Below, piece by piece: positions 36,597 through 46,907 of a DNA stretch of 64,000 bases. This DNA is from an uncultured bacterium (lineage in GTDB: Bacteria; Patescibacteriota; Minisyncoccia; UBA6257; GWB1-50-10). Each line of letters starts with the position of its first letter. The stretch's first letter is position 1. The stretch is from contig CAIKKG010000014.1 in the NCBI GenBank assembly GCA_903827975.1, forward strand, positions 52,833 through 116,832. Direction: 5' to 3'. Both the position numbers and the translations under genes were made by a program. The notes under the pieces were generated by a model. It was not told the origin of the DNA, searched no databases, and was given only the letters and a program-made list of their open reading frames with translations.

Positions 36597-39572
36597 TTAT
36601 TCTTTTATTACTGGCAATTTAACGGTAAATTCCGTACCCTTACCCTCCTCTGATATGAAACTTATATTCCCACCCACTTTTTCAACCATCTGCTTAGTTA
36701 TATAAAGACCAAGACCAGTGCCATCTGGTGCATACTGAGTAATATTTTCACCCCGGAAAAACTTATTATAAACCTTATCCTGCTGATTCAGAGGAATTCC
36801 ATAGCCATTATCCTTTACTTTAATTTCAATCTCTTTTTCGTTTTTATTTATACTCAGATTAATCTGTCCACCCTCCTTTGTATATTTAGTGGAGTTTGTC
36901 ATTAGATTCTGAATTATCATTCTAACTAATGTTTGATCCATGATTTCAATTATTTTCTTAGCTCCATACTCCTTTATAACCTTCTGATTTCTAGCCTTTA
37001 TATTAACCTGTATTTCTTTAATAACGGAGTCTGCAACCTGAATTATATCCAGCTCTTTTGGAGAAGATGAAAATGTGCCGAGCTCAATTCGTGAGACATC
37101 TAAAAGTGCAGTAACAAGCTCCGACATTCGCATAGATGAGGCATTAACCTCAGAAACATATAGATTTTGTTTTTTGTTAAGTTTTCCCGCATCTCCACTT
37201 AGAAGCATTTCTGAATACCAATTAATTGCTGTAAGTGGTGTGCGAAGTTGGTGTGAGGCTACTGAGACAAATTCTGACTTTGAGCGGTCAATCTGCTTAG
37301 CTTTCGTAATATCGCGTTCAACACCGACGAAATATTCTATATTGCCCTCTATATTAATAATAGGAGTGATACTGACCTCAGACTCATATAAAAGACCATT
37401 CTTTCTTTTATTTGTAATCTCGCCAGCGAACGGTTGTTTTAACTCCTTAATCTGGTGCCACAATTCTTCGTAAAACTTCTTAGGCATCTGACCTCCCCAA
37501 ATAGCTGGCGTTTTACCAATCATTTCTTCTTTTGAGTACCCAGTCATCTGCTCAGCTCCCTTATTTGCATAAATAATTTTTCCCTCCACATCGGAAATAA
37601 CTATATGGTCAGATGCATTGCTCACGGCCTCTCTAAATTGTTGAAGCTCCTCAATCTTTATAGCTAGAGACTCTTCTGCATTTTTCCTTTTTGTGATGTC
37701 ACTAATAATAGAAAAGAGAACCTTCTTACCACCAATAACTATTCCATTACTAAATACCTCGACGTCCCTAACAGAACCATCTGCTCGTTTATGTTTAAAC
37801 TCAAATAAAACGTTTTTAGCCTGAGTTGCCTCTTCCATATGACGTGAAACAACATTTGGGTCAAGTGTATTAATTTGTCTAATACTCATTTCTTTAAGCT
37901 GTGAAATAGTCCAACCATAAAAATTTTCTGCTGCTTGGTTTGCATCGATAATATTCCCATCATCAGGATTAATCAGTAACATTACCGCGGAGCTGCGCTC
38001 AAATAATGCTCTGAACTTTTCCTCGCTTTCTTCTAATGATTTCTGAATCTCCTTCAGCTTAGTGATATCAATGTGAGTTCCTGTCATTCGGACAGGTTTA
38101 TGGGCCTCATCCCACTCAACAACGCGGCCACGATCTGTAACCCAGACCCATGAGCCGTCCTTGTGCTTCATTCGTGAATCAAATGAGTAAAACTCAGTCT
38201 TTCCTTCAAAGTGCTCATTAAGAAGCCTATCAGATTCCTTGAGATCATCTGGGTGCGCTAGTGTCTCCCATGTTTTAATACTTACTGGTTCTAGTTCTGC
38301 AAGTGTGTAGCCTAAGATTTCTGCCCAACGTTCATTGAATGTAACCTTACCAGTTTTTATATACCAGTCCCATGTTCCAGCATTAGAACCAAAAATAACA
38401 TTTTTTAAATCTGCCTCGCTTTGTTCAAGAACGACCTCCTTTTCTCTTAAATCTTTTGTAATTATTCCGGCAAGGTCTTCTGCTTTTCTTCTCGCATCTA
38501 AAAGTGTATACGCGTAAATTGCCGACAAAAATGCAAATAAAATACCCATATATATCACTAACCTTGAGGTCAAATCATTGTTTACTAGCGCATCTAATTC
38601 TGGTGTACTTGAAAATTGAATATAATAAGATCCCTCTGGTCTGGAGTTCTTAATTACTGAGAAAAGCGGGACCTTTCCTGAATTTACAGAAGATTTTGAC
38701 TTGCTTTCATACAATAGTGATCCATTTTCAGAATCCGCCCCATCAATTACTTTTAAATTAATCGAACTTAGAAGCTCGCCAAATACCTGCTTGTTATGAA
38801 TATATATATCAGTTTTCTTATATAAAGCGCCGATATAACCAATCAGATTCATATCCCTCTCCTCTGCTGTACTATGTGGACTTCCATTTTTAAAAAGCGG
38901 AAGTACATATATAAGATATGCGTCATTAGCCATGCCGAGCTTAGTTGCTAAAGTAAACTTAACGACATCATTTTTAAGCGAGACATTCAGTATTTTATTC
39001 ACTGACACAACTGATGAGATATCAAAACCAAGAAGAGATTGCTCTCCTTCACGTGTCTCAAGATAGTGAATTGGATAATACTCAGTTGATGTAGATTCTG
39101 AAATCACTGTATATTTTGACAAATCAAGTTCCGGAACTGTCTTGTCGTTACGAACTCCAGCAACATATGAATTAAGATTTCGAGACAAAACTCTGGGAGC
39201 ATAAAAAAGCCCGTAAAGCGGGTAAAGCGGAGAATCTGTGTCAGACTTTCTAAGAGAATGTGCGTTTGAATATGTTTGCCACTCGTTTCGCATAATACTA
39301 TCACTTGATTCAAATAATGCCCTTGCTGAATATAATAATTCCGAGCGTGCAACCTCGTCAGCTATAATATTTCCGGATATCGCTTCGGCATATTTTTCAA
39401 ATGTTGCACCATACTCTTTTTTTGAATCAATTGAAAATGAGTTTGAAATATTAAATACAATAAATGCAATTAAAAAAAATATAAGTGATGAAAACAGAAC
39501 ACTCTTCGGAATATTTTTTGTATTTAATTCTTTCATCAAAATTTTATTTGGGGTGGATGAACTTCCGTACAA
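36597..39572 (-). CDS. Sensor histidine kinase: N-terminal TM + large periplasmic (Cache/CHASE-like) domain + TM + 3 PAS + HisKA + HATPase_c
   Basis: 991 aa; H-box SHQLRTPLT, N/G1/G2 boxes (NLMTNSTKYT, DNGYGIP, GTGLGL). Confidence 0.9.
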   Translation of the reverse strand: MYGSSSTPNKILMKELNTKNIPKSVLFSSLIFFLIAFIVFNISNSFSIDSKKEYGATFEKYAEAISGNIIADEVARSELLYSARALFESSDSIMRNEWQTYSNAHSLRKSDTDSPLYPLYGLFYAPRVLSRNLNSYVAGVRNDKTVPELDLSKYTVISESTSTEYYPIHYLETREGEQSLLGFDISSVVSVNKILNVSLKNDVVKFTLATKLGMANDAYLIYVLPLFKNGSPHSTAEERDMNLIGYIGALYKKTDIYIHNKQVFGELLSSINLKVIDGADSENGSLLYESKSKSSVNSGKVPLFSVIKNSRPEGSYYIQFSSTPELDALVNNDLTSRLVIYMGILFAFLSAIYAYTLLDARRKAEDLAGIITKDLREKEVVLEQSEADLKNVIFGSNAGTWDWYIKTGKVTFNERWAEILGYTLAELEPVSIKTWETLAHPDDLKESDRLLNEHFEGKTEFYSFDSRMKHKDGSWVWVTDRGRVVEWDEAHKPVRMTGTHIDITKLKEIQKSLEESEEKFRALFERSSAVMLLINPDDGNIIDANQAAENFYGWTISQLKEMSIRQINTLDPNVVSRHMEEATQAKNVLFEFKHKRADGSVRDVEVFSNGIVIGGKKVLFSIISDITKRKNAEESLAIKIEELQQFREAVSNASDHIVISDVEGKIIYANKGAEQMTGYSKEEMIGKTPAIWGGQMPKKFYEELWHQIKELKQPFAGEITNKRKNGLLYESEVSITPIINIEGNIEYFVGVERDITKAKQIDRSKSEFVSVASHQLRTPLTAINWYSEMLLSGDAGKLNKKQNLYVSEVNASSMRMSELVTALLDVSRIELGTFSSSPKELDIIQVADSVIKEIQVNIKARNQKVIKEYGAKKIIEIMDQTLVRMIIQNLMTNSTKYTKEGGQINLSINKNEKEIEIKVKDNGYGIPLNQQDKVYNKFFRGENITQYAPDGTGLGLYITKQMVEKVGGNISFISEEGKGTEFTVKLPVIKE

Positions 39573-39745
39573 ATTATTTCACTATAATTATAACATCAAA
39601 GAAATATTTTAATAACTAGTTCTGTTAATAAATATTTGATATTGGTTAATTCGAATATTTATGAATTCTTATATTAGTAAGTTCTTTTAAATAAAATACC
39701 GCCCTTTGGCGTTATTTTATGACTATTATATAGAAAGGTTTTAGA

Positions 39746-40144
39746 TTAAACCTGCTTAGGTAGACAGGTTTTTACTTTTTCTACGAGCTCATTAATCGCC
39801 CAATTTGACTTAACTAAATAGCATGTAGGCTTATCTTCTCTAATTGAACTAACTACATTCACATCATTTTCGTTTAGATTTGAAAGTACTACAACTGAAA
39901 CATTTTTACCCCACTCGTTTTCTCCGCGTAATTTTTTAAGCATTTCTAGCCCACCCATCTTAGGCATTACAATATCAAGCAGAATAAGATCTGGTTGCTC
40001 TTTAATAGCCATAGCAAACCCTTCCTCACCGTCCTGAGCCTCGATAGCAGTAAAACCGTCACGAGCGAATTTATCCGCAAGTGCTTTGCGCTGAGATACC
40101 TCGTCCTCCACAATAAGTATTTTTCTTTTTATTAATTCTTCCAT
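39746..40144 (-). CDS. Single-domain response regulator (CheY-like receiver only)
   Basis: ILIVEDE...DLILLDIVMPKMGG... receiver motifs; no output domain. Confidence 0.9.
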   Translation of the reverse strand: MEELIKRKILIVEDEVSQRKALADKFARDGFTAIEAQDGEEGFAMAIKEQPDLILLDIVMPKMGGLEMLKKLRGENEWGKNVSVVVLSNLNENDVNVVSSIREDKPTCYLVKSNWAINELVEKVKTCLPKQV

Positions 40145-40183
40145 GTTTTTATTATATCAAACCATTGCTACTGGTAAAAATTA

Positions 40184-41935
40184 TTAGCTCTCAGAAACAA
40201 TACCAAGTCTTGTTGTCCCTACTTTTTCCACCATACCACTAAGTGGAATCACTACATGGAAAGCAGTTCCCTTGTTGAGCTCTGACTGAAACCATATCTC
40301 ACCTTTGGTATGTTCAATCACTGATTTAACCAAATATAGTCCCAATCCTGTACCATCTGTATCCATTTCTTTTACATTGTACGCGCGGAAGAGTTTTCCA
40401 AAAATTTTATCCTTTTGGTCTTCTGGAATACCATAACCATTATCTGATATGGTCAAAGCTAAGCTGACCTCTTTAATTATTTTATTCTCAAACTCATCAC
40501 CTTTTTGCTTCAGAAAAATCTCTATACCGATCTCACCCTTAGGTTGTGTGTATTTTATTGCGTTTGAAACAATATTTTGTATAACTATGCGCATAAGTTC
40601 TAAATCAACTACCACCGAACTAAGATTCTCTGAATATTTTTCGGAGATGTGCTGTTTCTTTTCTTGTATTTGTGGATATAGTCCTTGGATTATCTCTTTA
40701 GAGAGTCTAGGTATATCTACTGTTTCTGGCTTGATAGAAAATGTACCTAGTTCAATACGAGACATATTGAGCAATGCATTAATAAGAGTAATCATTCGCT
40801 GATTGTTTTTATATACCTCATCAAAATATTCTTTTTGTTTTTCATTTAACTCTCCAACCTCTCCCGAAATCAGCATCTCTAAAAACCACTTCATGCTTGT
40901 CGGTGGCGTTCGTAGCTGATGAGAAGCAAGTGAGATAAATTCAGTTTTTGCTCTGTCAATTTCTATTTCTTTTGTAATATCACGGAAAACATCAATCGCT
41001 CCTACTACTTTTCCATCAAGAATGATTGGTCTTGTATTTATTGCAACAGGAAAATGAGTTCCGTCTTTTCTAGCATAAAAAGTAGCAGTAGCAGTAGCAG
41101 TAGCAGTAGCAGTAGCAAGTGTAACCTGCGTTGGTCGTTTCTCTATTGGAATTCTAATTCCGTTTTCATCAAAGGATTGGACAACTTCAAACAAACTTTT
41201 TCCTCTTGCATCGCCGAATTGAAGCCCAAGCATTTCTTCAGCCGCTTTGTTGACCGTAATAATATTTCCACTTTCATCAACCGCAATAACTCCATCCCCA
41301 ATGGATGAGAGCATGGCCTCGTCCTTAGCACTTGCTTCCTCAATATTTTCTATGATTTTTTTAATCCAGGTGACATTAGTAATAATAATTATGAATAATA
41401 CAAAAATTAATAAACCAATACTAATATTTAATCTTATTTGTACAGCAGAGGTTTTTGAACGTATTAATGAACCTAGTATTGTGGCCTGATTTGCCATTTC
41501 AGATCTATGTTCCACCAACTGATTAACTAATTTAACTTCTATCTCATGTGTCTTTTGCGGGTCAGATAATACTGTTGGAAGATTCAAAAAAAGGTCACCA
41601 CCGATTTGTTTTATGGAATTATTATGTTCATCAATTAAACCAACCGATTGAAGTTCATCAGGGGCGACGAAATTTGTCTTCATACTCATAACTAGCACAT
41701 CAATATCTTTAGATGATGAAATCCATTTTTCTCGAGAGGAATCATCTGGATGTAATAGATATGCATCAAGAAGGTTTGCACGCTCGAAGATGTGGGTCCT
41801 AATATCACTAATAATTTCTAGTTTTAAAGTGTTGGCATTAGTTTGTATTACAGTAATAAATATAAATACACCTGCCAGAATCGAGACAATTAAGGAGATA
41901 GCGAAGACAATGCTGATTTTTGTTTTATTTTTCAT
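40184..41935 (-). CDS. Sensor histidine kinase (TM - extracytoplasmic ~150 aa - TM - PAS - HisKA - HATPase_c)
   Basis: 583 aa; H-box SHQLRTPPT; N, G1, G2 boxes; contains in-frame (TA)6 dipeptide run. Confidence 0.9.
   Translation of the reverse strand: MKNKTKISIVFAISLIVSILAGVFIFITVIQTNANTLKLEIISDIRTHIFERANLLDAYLLHPDDSSREKWISSSKDIDVLVMSMKTNFVAPDELQSVGLIDEHNNSIKQIGGDLFLNLPTVLSDPQKTHEIEVKLVNQLVEHRSEMANQATILGSLIRSKTSAVQIRLNISIGLLIFVLFIIIITNVTWIKKIIENIEEASAKDEAMLSSIGDGVIAVDESGNIITVNKAAEEMLGLQFGDARGKSLFEVVQSFDENGIRIPIEKRPTQVTLATATATATATATFYARKDGTHFPVAINTRPIILDGKVVGAIDVFRDITKEIEIDRAKTEFISLASHQLRTPPTSMKWFLEMLISGEVGELNEKQKEYFDEVYKNNQRMITLINALLNMSRIELGTFSIKPETVDIPRLSKEIIQGLYPQIQEKKQHISEKYSENLSSVVVDLELMRIVIQNIVSNAIKYTQPKGEIGIEIFLKQKGDEFENKIIKEVSLALTISDNGYGIPEDQKDKIFGKLFRAYNVKEMDTDGTGLGLYLVKSVIEHTKGEIWFQSELNKGTAFHVVIPLSGMVEKVGTTRLGIVSES
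41081..41116. repeat. Hexanucleotide microsatellite (AGTAGC)x6 inside the histidine-kinase CDS
   Basis: agtagcagtagcagtagcagtagcagtagcagtagc; encodes TATATATATATA in-frame. Confidence 0.9.
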
Positions 41936-41952
41936 AAGATTATGGTTTTAAT

Positions 41953-41961
41953 TATATCACT
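41953..41961 (-). promoter_or_regulatory. Extended -10 element TGaTATAAT (with TTGACA-like -35, short spacer) for the HK-RR operon
   Basis: Minus-strand tttgacatactagatagTGaTATAATtaaaaccataatctt ATG. Confidence 0.4.
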
Positions 41962-41982
41962 ATCTAGTATGTCAAATAAAAA

Positions 41983-42004
41983 AACCGCCTTTCGGCGGTG
42001 TTTT
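41983..42004. terminator. Hairpin terminator downstream of the tRNA pair
   Basis: accgcctttcggcggt flanked by A-run/T-run. Confidence 0.65.
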
Positions 42005-42007
42005 TTT

Positions 42008-42084
42008 TGGTGGACCTGACCGGATTCGAACCGGTGACCTCCTCATTGCAAATGAGGCGCTCTAACCAACTGAGCTACAGGCCC
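42008..42084 (-). tRNA. tRNA-Ala (anticodon TGC), CCA encoded
   Basis: GGGCCTGTAGCTCAGTTGGTTAGAGCGCCTCATTTGCAATGAGGAGGTCACCGGTTCGAATCCGGTCAGGTCCACCA with G3:U70 Ala identity pair. Confidence 0.9.
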
Positions 42085-42171
42085 AGAACCCATTTCTTGC
42101 CCCGCTTGCGCTTCGCTTCTTTGGGGTACTGAATTTTGTATTCTCTCATTGACTCGCGAACAAAATTCGTG

Positions 42172-42243
42172 TGGGCGTGGAAGGGATCGAACCTTCGACC
42201 TCTGTCTTATCAGGACAGCGTTCTACCACTGAACTACACGCCC
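42172..42243 (-). tRNA. tRNA-Ile (anticodon GAT)
   Basis: GGGCGTGTAGTTCAGTGGTAGAACGCTGTCCTGATAAGACAGAGGTCGAAGGTTCGATCCCTTCCACGCCCA cloverleaf. Confidence 0.9.
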
Positions 42244-42273
42244 AAATTACTACTTTAATAAAATACCAGACAA

Positions 42274-42492
42274 TTACGACTTTGGTAACTTTAATGCCTC
42301 GAACCCTTGGATGTCAAACTTTTCCGGTGCAGATGATGATTCACTTGTTGAAAATGACTTATTTAGGCTATTTGTCAGTTTTGTCATTTGAGACACGACG
42401 AATACTCCTACCAGGACAACCATAATAAGTGCCATTATTGTGAAAACAATTCTTCTCGAAATCCTAAACTTAATTTTATTAATAAGTTCCAT
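42274..42492 (-). CDS. Small hypothetical membrane-anchored protein (72 aa)
   Basis: N-terminal TM, Ser-rich tail. Confidence 0.4.
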   Translation of the reverse strand: MELINKIKFRISRRIVFTIMALIMVVLVGVFVVSQMTKLTNSLNKSFSTSESSSAPEKFDIQGFEALKLPKS

Positions 42493-42502
42493 AATAATTT
42501 AA

Positions 42503-43042
42503 TTATTCCTGCCTAAAGAATACCTGACCATGTGTTGTAAGTTGACCATTACCTTCTGAAGTTCTAACTATAGAAAAACTATCAAATGTTGAGAAATACC
42601 TGAAGTTTTGTAGCTCTGATACAAATTCAATTAGTTTTTCAAAGTTTCCATTAACCTCTAGCTTAAATTTCATATTTCCAAAATATGTTCCACTTGCTGG
42701 TGATTCGCTTAAAAATGAGAACGATGAAGAAAGGCCATTCTTAGATGAGATTAGCTGAAATTCTTTTGAAAGATTAATGAGTTGATCTTTAATCGGAACA
42801 GCAGCCTTCATAGACTGAAGATATTTGCCAACCTCTCCTGAATACTGTGTTTGCAGTGATGCTAATGAGCCAAGGTCTTTAGCTTGTTTTGTTAACTGAT
42901 TTCTTTTTGCTGATATCTGATCGCTGTACTCAGTTACTCTACTACTTAGAAAACTGATGCCAGCAAAAAGCGTTAACAATATTGCCAATGTAATAACGCT
43001 TTCGGTAAGTAATTTTTTCTTGAATTGATCCATAAAACTCAA
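42503..43042 (-). CDS. Hypothetical membrane-anchored protein (179 aa; PilO-like architecture: TM + coiled-coil + C-terminal domain)
   Basis: Architecture only; no diagnostic motif. Confidence 0.4.
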   Translation of the reverse strand: MSFMDQFKKKLLTESVITLAILLTLFAGISFLSSRVTEYSDQISAKRNQLTKQAKDLGSLASLQTQYSGEVGKYLQSMKAAVPIKDQLINLSKEFQLISSKNGLSSSFSFLSESPASGTYFGNMKFKLEVNGNFEKLIEFVSELQNFRYFSTFDSFSIVRTSEGNGQLTTHGQVFFRQE

Positions 43043-43081
43043 TCACTCAAATCTTAGTGTATAATTATCTTATCATATTAA

Positions 43082-43963
43082 ATGAGAGAATGCATTCTAA
43101 CATTACATTCAGATGATTCGGCATACCCAAGACTTCTTAAGGAGACCGTTGGGTTCCCAAAAACGCTTCATTATATAGGCTCATTACCCACGAGTGAGGA
43201 GATTTGCGTTTCAATAGTTGGTACCCGAAAAGCAACGCGAGAAGGATTGGCTATCGCACACGAGACGGCTAAGGAGATTGCTAAAAGAGGTTTTACAATT
43301 GTTAGTGGACTCGCACTTGGAATTGACGGGGCTGCACATGAGGGTGCCCTTGCTGGGAAAGGAAAGACTGTAGCAGTGCTTGCGAATGGGCTTGATTCTG
43401 TATACCCAAAACAACACGAAAATCTTGCTAAGCTCATAATAGAAAATGGCGGATGCATAATTTCAGAGTATTCAGATGGAACCCCCTCATATCCAAATCA
43501 GTTTCTTGAAAGAAATAGAATTGTGAGTGGGCTTTCAATAGCTACGATTGTGATAGAGGCGCCAGAACGATCTGGGTCACTTGCAACTGCGCGCAATGCG
43601 ATTGAGCAAGGACGTGAAGTATTTATTTTTCCAGGAAGTGTTAATCATGTTAATTATCGCGGATCACATAGACTTATCCGAGATGGCGCTCGATTGGTAA
43701 CAAATTTTTCAGATATTTTAGAAGACCTTGGGATGAGCGATAAAACACCAAGAGAGCAGAGCCTTACAAAAATTACAGAGCTTGAGGACGAGAATGAGAT
43801 TGAAATTGTACGAACACTTCTTGAATCGCCAGATTCTATTACAATTGACAAAATAATTGAACTCACTATACTTCCGCCACATATCGTCAGTGAAAAGCTA
43901 ACACTACTAATATTTGACGGTATTGTGTCAGAGCAGAATGGTTTGTTCTCAATTCGTTCATAA
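43082..43963 (+). CDS. dprA: DNA-processing protein DprA (Smf family)
   Basis: IVGTRKAT..G...A...A..G...VSGLALGIDGAAHEGAL...VLANGLD... Rossmann-like DprA core + C-terminal wHTH. Confidence 0.9.
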   Translation: MRECILTLHSDDSAYPRLLKETVGFPKTLHYIGSLPTSEEICVSIVGTRKATREGLAIAHETAKEIAKRGFTIVSGLALGIDGAAHEGALAGKGKTVAVLANGLDSVYPKQHENLAKLIIENGGCIISEYSDGTPSYPNQFLERNRIVSGLSIATIVIEAPERSGSLATARNAIEQGREVFIFPGSVNHVNYRGSHRLIRDGARLVTNFSDILEDLGMSDKTPREQSLTKITELEDENEIEIVRTLLESPDSITIDKIIELTILPPHIVSEKLTLLIFDGIVSEQNGLFSIRS

Positions 43964-43986
43964 TATATACATATATATAGACACGC

Positions 43987-46176
43987 ATGAAACTTGTTAT
44001 CGTAGAGAGCCCTGCAAAGGCAAAAACAATTGAAAAATACCTAAAGGGAGAATATAAGGTCGTCGCAAGCGTCGGCCATATTCGCGACCTACCAAAAAGT
44101 AATAAAAAGGCTATTGATATACCCGCTGGCTTTGTTCCTCATTACGAAATTTCAAAAGGAAAAGAGGAGGTTGTTCGTGAGATACAAAAACTTTCAAAAA
44201 AAGCAGAAGAGGTTCTTCTCGCAACTGACCCTGATAGAGAGGGTGAGGCAATAGCATGGCACATAAAGGAGGCGGTTGGATTAAAGAATCCTAAGCGTGT
44301 TGTTTTCCATGAAATAACAGAGCCCGCGGTTCAGGAGGCTATACGACACCCTCGCCACATAGATGAAAATCTAAGAAAGGCGCAGGAGGCTCGTCGCGTT
44401 CTTGACAGGCTTGTAGGTTATGACCTTTCAGGACTTATTTGGAAAAAGGTTCGATATGGTCTTTCTGCTGGGCGTGTTCAATCCCCCGCACTAAGAATAA
44501 TTATGGAAAAGGAGCGCGAGATTCGCGCTTTTGTTCCTGAACATTTTTGGACAATAAGCGGAAAATTTAAAACAAAAAGTAAGCATGAATTATTGCTTAT
44601 ATGCGAAAAAGAACCAAGAGACGAGTCTGAAACTAATTCAATCTTAGAACACGCAAAAAAAGGCTCTTGGTTTGTTATTTCCGTAAAACAAACTGAGGCT
44701 AAGCGATCTCCAAAACCACCATTTATTACATCCACACTTCAACAGACAGCCAGTTCACGACTTGGATTCTCCCCTTCACGCACAATGTCTATTGCTCAGA
44801 AACTATATGAGGCAGGACATATTACATATATGCGTACTGATAGTGTGAATCTTAGTGAGTTAGCACTAAAAGATATATATGCCGTTATCGAGAAGAAGTA
44901 TGGATCTGAATTTTTATCACCTAGAAAATATATTACTAAGAGTAAAAATGCTCAGGAGGCGCATGAGGCAATCCGCATAACAAAGCCAAGCGTTGTACAC
45001 GCTGGAAATAATGAGGAACAGAAACGCCTATATGATCTAATATGGCAACGAACAATTGCATCACAGATGACTGATGCAAAAGTTTTACGAACAAAAGTTA
45101 GCGCAAACATTGATGAGAATAATACTATTCCAAATTTTTCAATAAATGGAAATGTTGTTTTGTTTCCAGGATGGCTCTCTGCTGACGCAGGTGCAAAAGG
45201 AGAGGATGTTGAGTTACCACCAATTAAGGAGGGAGAGCCAGTATCATTATTATCTATTGAGGCGGAAGGAAAGGATACTGAGCCACCACCACGCTACACA
45301 GAGGCGGGCCTTGTCAAAGAGCTTGAGAAGCGAGATATCGGACGACCTAGTACATACGCGTCCATAATTAAGACGCTTCAGGACAGAGGATATGTAGAAA
45401 AAATTAATAAGGCACTTAATCCAACTGACACCGGAGAAGTGGTAAGTGATTTTTTGGAGAAGAACTTTGCAGAATACATCAGCGATTCATTTACTGCGGA
45501 AATGGAAAATAAGCTCGATGAGATTGCGGAAGGAAAAAGCGAATATAAAAAAATTCTTAAGAACTTCTATACCCCATTCGCTAAGGAGATTAAGGAGAAG
45601 GAGAAATTAGAAAAAGCAACGAATCTTGGTGAAGATGCTCGCTTCACGTGTCCAATTGATTCAACGCACGGACCGATGGTTATTAAACTTGGTCGCGCTG
45701 GTAAATTCCTGAGCTGTCGATTATTTGATGATAAAACAATAAATTGTCCTGGCGCCAGAAAACTTGATGGAACTCTTATGGAGGGTCCAAAGGAGACTGG
45801 AGAGTTGTGTCCCGAGTGTGGTGGTAAACTTCTAGAACGCGAAGGAAAGTTTGGAAAATTTATTGCTTGCAGTAATTGGAAGCGCGGGAAAAAAGGATGT
45901 CACTATATAAAACAAAGTCCTGAGGAAGAGGAAAAAAGGAAAACTGGGGTTAAATGTCCTGAGTGTGGCGGAGAAATAGTTGAACGACGTGGAAGATTTG
46001 GCGCATTCTTTAGTTGTGCTAATTATCCTAAGTGTAAATTCATAATTAAATCTCGACCCACTGGGAAAAAGTGTGAGCTTTGTGGAGCGCTAATGATGGA
46101 GGGTACAAAAACAATTCCTGAGCGATGCTCAAACAAAGCCTGCCCAAACCATAACCCACATAAGATTAAGAAATAG
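43987..46176 (+). CDS. topA: DNA topoisomerase I with C-terminal C4 zinc-ribbon repeats
   Basis: TOPRIM (LVIVESPAKAKTI..., ...ATDPDREGEAIAWH), active-site Tyr region, three CPxCG zinc ribbons. Confidence 0.95.
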   Translation: MKLVIVESPAKAKTIEKYLKGEYKVVASVGHIRDLPKSNKKAIDIPAGFVPHYEISKGKEEVVREIQKLSKKAEEVLLATDPDREGEAIAWHIKEAVGLKNPKRVVFHEITEPAVQEAIRHPRHIDENLRKAQEARRVLDRLVGYDLSGLIWKKVRYGLSAGRVQSPALRIIMEKEREIRAFVPEHFWTISGKFKTKSKHELLLICEKEPRDESETNSILEHAKKGSWFVISVKQTEAKRSPKPPFITSTLQQTASSRLGFSPSRTMSIAQKLYEAGHITYMRTDSVNLSELALKDIYAVIEKKYGSEFLSPRKYITKSKNAQEAHEAIRITKPSVVHAGNNEEQKRLYDLIWQRTIASQMTDAKVLRTKVSANIDENNTIPNFSINGNVVLFPGWLSADAGAKGEDVELPPIKEGEPVSLLSIEAEGKDTEPPPRYTEAGLVKELEKRDIGRPSTYASIIKTLQDRGYVEKINKALNPTDTGEVVSDFLEKNFAEYISDSFTAEMENKLDEIAEGKSEYKKILKNFYTPFAKEIKEKEKLEKATNLGEDARFTCPIDSTHGPMVIKLGRAGKFLSCRLFDDKTINCPGARKLDGTLMEGPKETGELCPECGGKLLEREGKFGKFIACSNWKRGKKGCHYIKQSPEEEEKRKTGVKCPECGGEIVERRGRFGAFFSCANYPKCKFIIKSRPTGKKCELCGALMMEGTKTIPERCSNKACPNHNPHKIKK

Positions 46177-46306
46177 TGGGTTAGTTTCTGTTCTCGCGTT
46201 GACAATGTAAAAATTCTATGACAATGTAGTTTTAGGTAATTAAAAAACCTCTTCTGTGCGTCGTGCATCATCAGAGAAAATAATACACTTAAACCAAGGA
46301 GGTAAT

Positions 46307-46873
46307 GTGGTTAAAAAGAAGCTGGCGCTCAGGCTCCTCAAGAAGAAAGTCGACTCACTTTTGGTGCGGGAGGAGAAGAAAGAAAAGGTAATGGAACAAC
46401 CCCCAATTGCACTCATGATTCCAGAAAAACTTCTGGTTTCTCAGTGCGACGGGGCGGAGACCTGCCTTCAGAGCGGACTCTTCTTCCCAATCAAAAATAA
46501 AGATGCGAAGGATGTCATGCATCTTGATTCCGCAGTAAACAAGCCGACAACAGCCGCAAAGGTCCGCGTCTACGAACTCAAACGTGATGCAACCTTCGGC
46601 CAGATGTTCAAGCACCTTAGGAATAATCCTCGCAAAATGTGTTTCACAGAGGCACAGATCTGCACCTTCATCCGTGAGAATAAACACGTTCTCACGAGCT
46701 GTGATGCAACATTCTTCCCGTTCGCCCTCAAAAGCGGAAAGGTGGCAGTTCTGCACGTCACCTACTACCCAGAGATTTCGGAGGACCAGTTCTGTATGTA
46801 CACATACCCTATTTGGAATCTCAGGCCATGGAATACGAAATTTAAATTCCATCTTGTTGTAATGTCTAAGTAA
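46307..46873 (+). CDS. Hypothetical protein, GC-rich islet, paralog of 49546..50067 (unknown Cys/His-containing family)
   Basis: GTG start 4 nt after AAGGAGG (ORF-track ATG 46256 lies upstream of the SD); ~50% GC; K-rich N-terminus; shares KRDATFGQMFKHL/TKHATTQEIMKFV, ..SC.., ..V.HV.YYP/..NVHSGYWTP blocks with protein at 49546. Confidence 0.55.
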   Translation: MVKKKLALRLLKKKVDSLLVREEKKEKVMEQPPIALMIPEKLLVSQCDGAETCLQSGLFFPIKNKDAKDVMHLDSAVNKPTTAAKVRVYELKRDATFGQMFKHLRNNPRKMCFTEAQICTFIRENKHVLTSCDATFFPFALKSGKVAVLHVTYYPEISEDQFCMYTYPIWNLRPWNTKFKFHLVVMSK

Positions 46874-46879
46874 AAAAAT

Positions 46880-46899
46880 CCCCCGCCAATTGGCGGGGG
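46880..46899. terminator. Bidirectional hairpin terminator
   Basis: cccccgccaattggcggggg flanked by A-run and T-run; near-identical to the hairpin at 49522. Confidence 0.75.
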
Positions 46900-46907
46900 T
46901 ATTTATT

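Noticed and set aside
42503-43042. Calling 42503..43042 a type IV pilus PilO
   Set aside because: Only architectural resemblance (TM + coiled coil); no pilM/N/P/Q or pilin genes nearby, so left as hypothetical.
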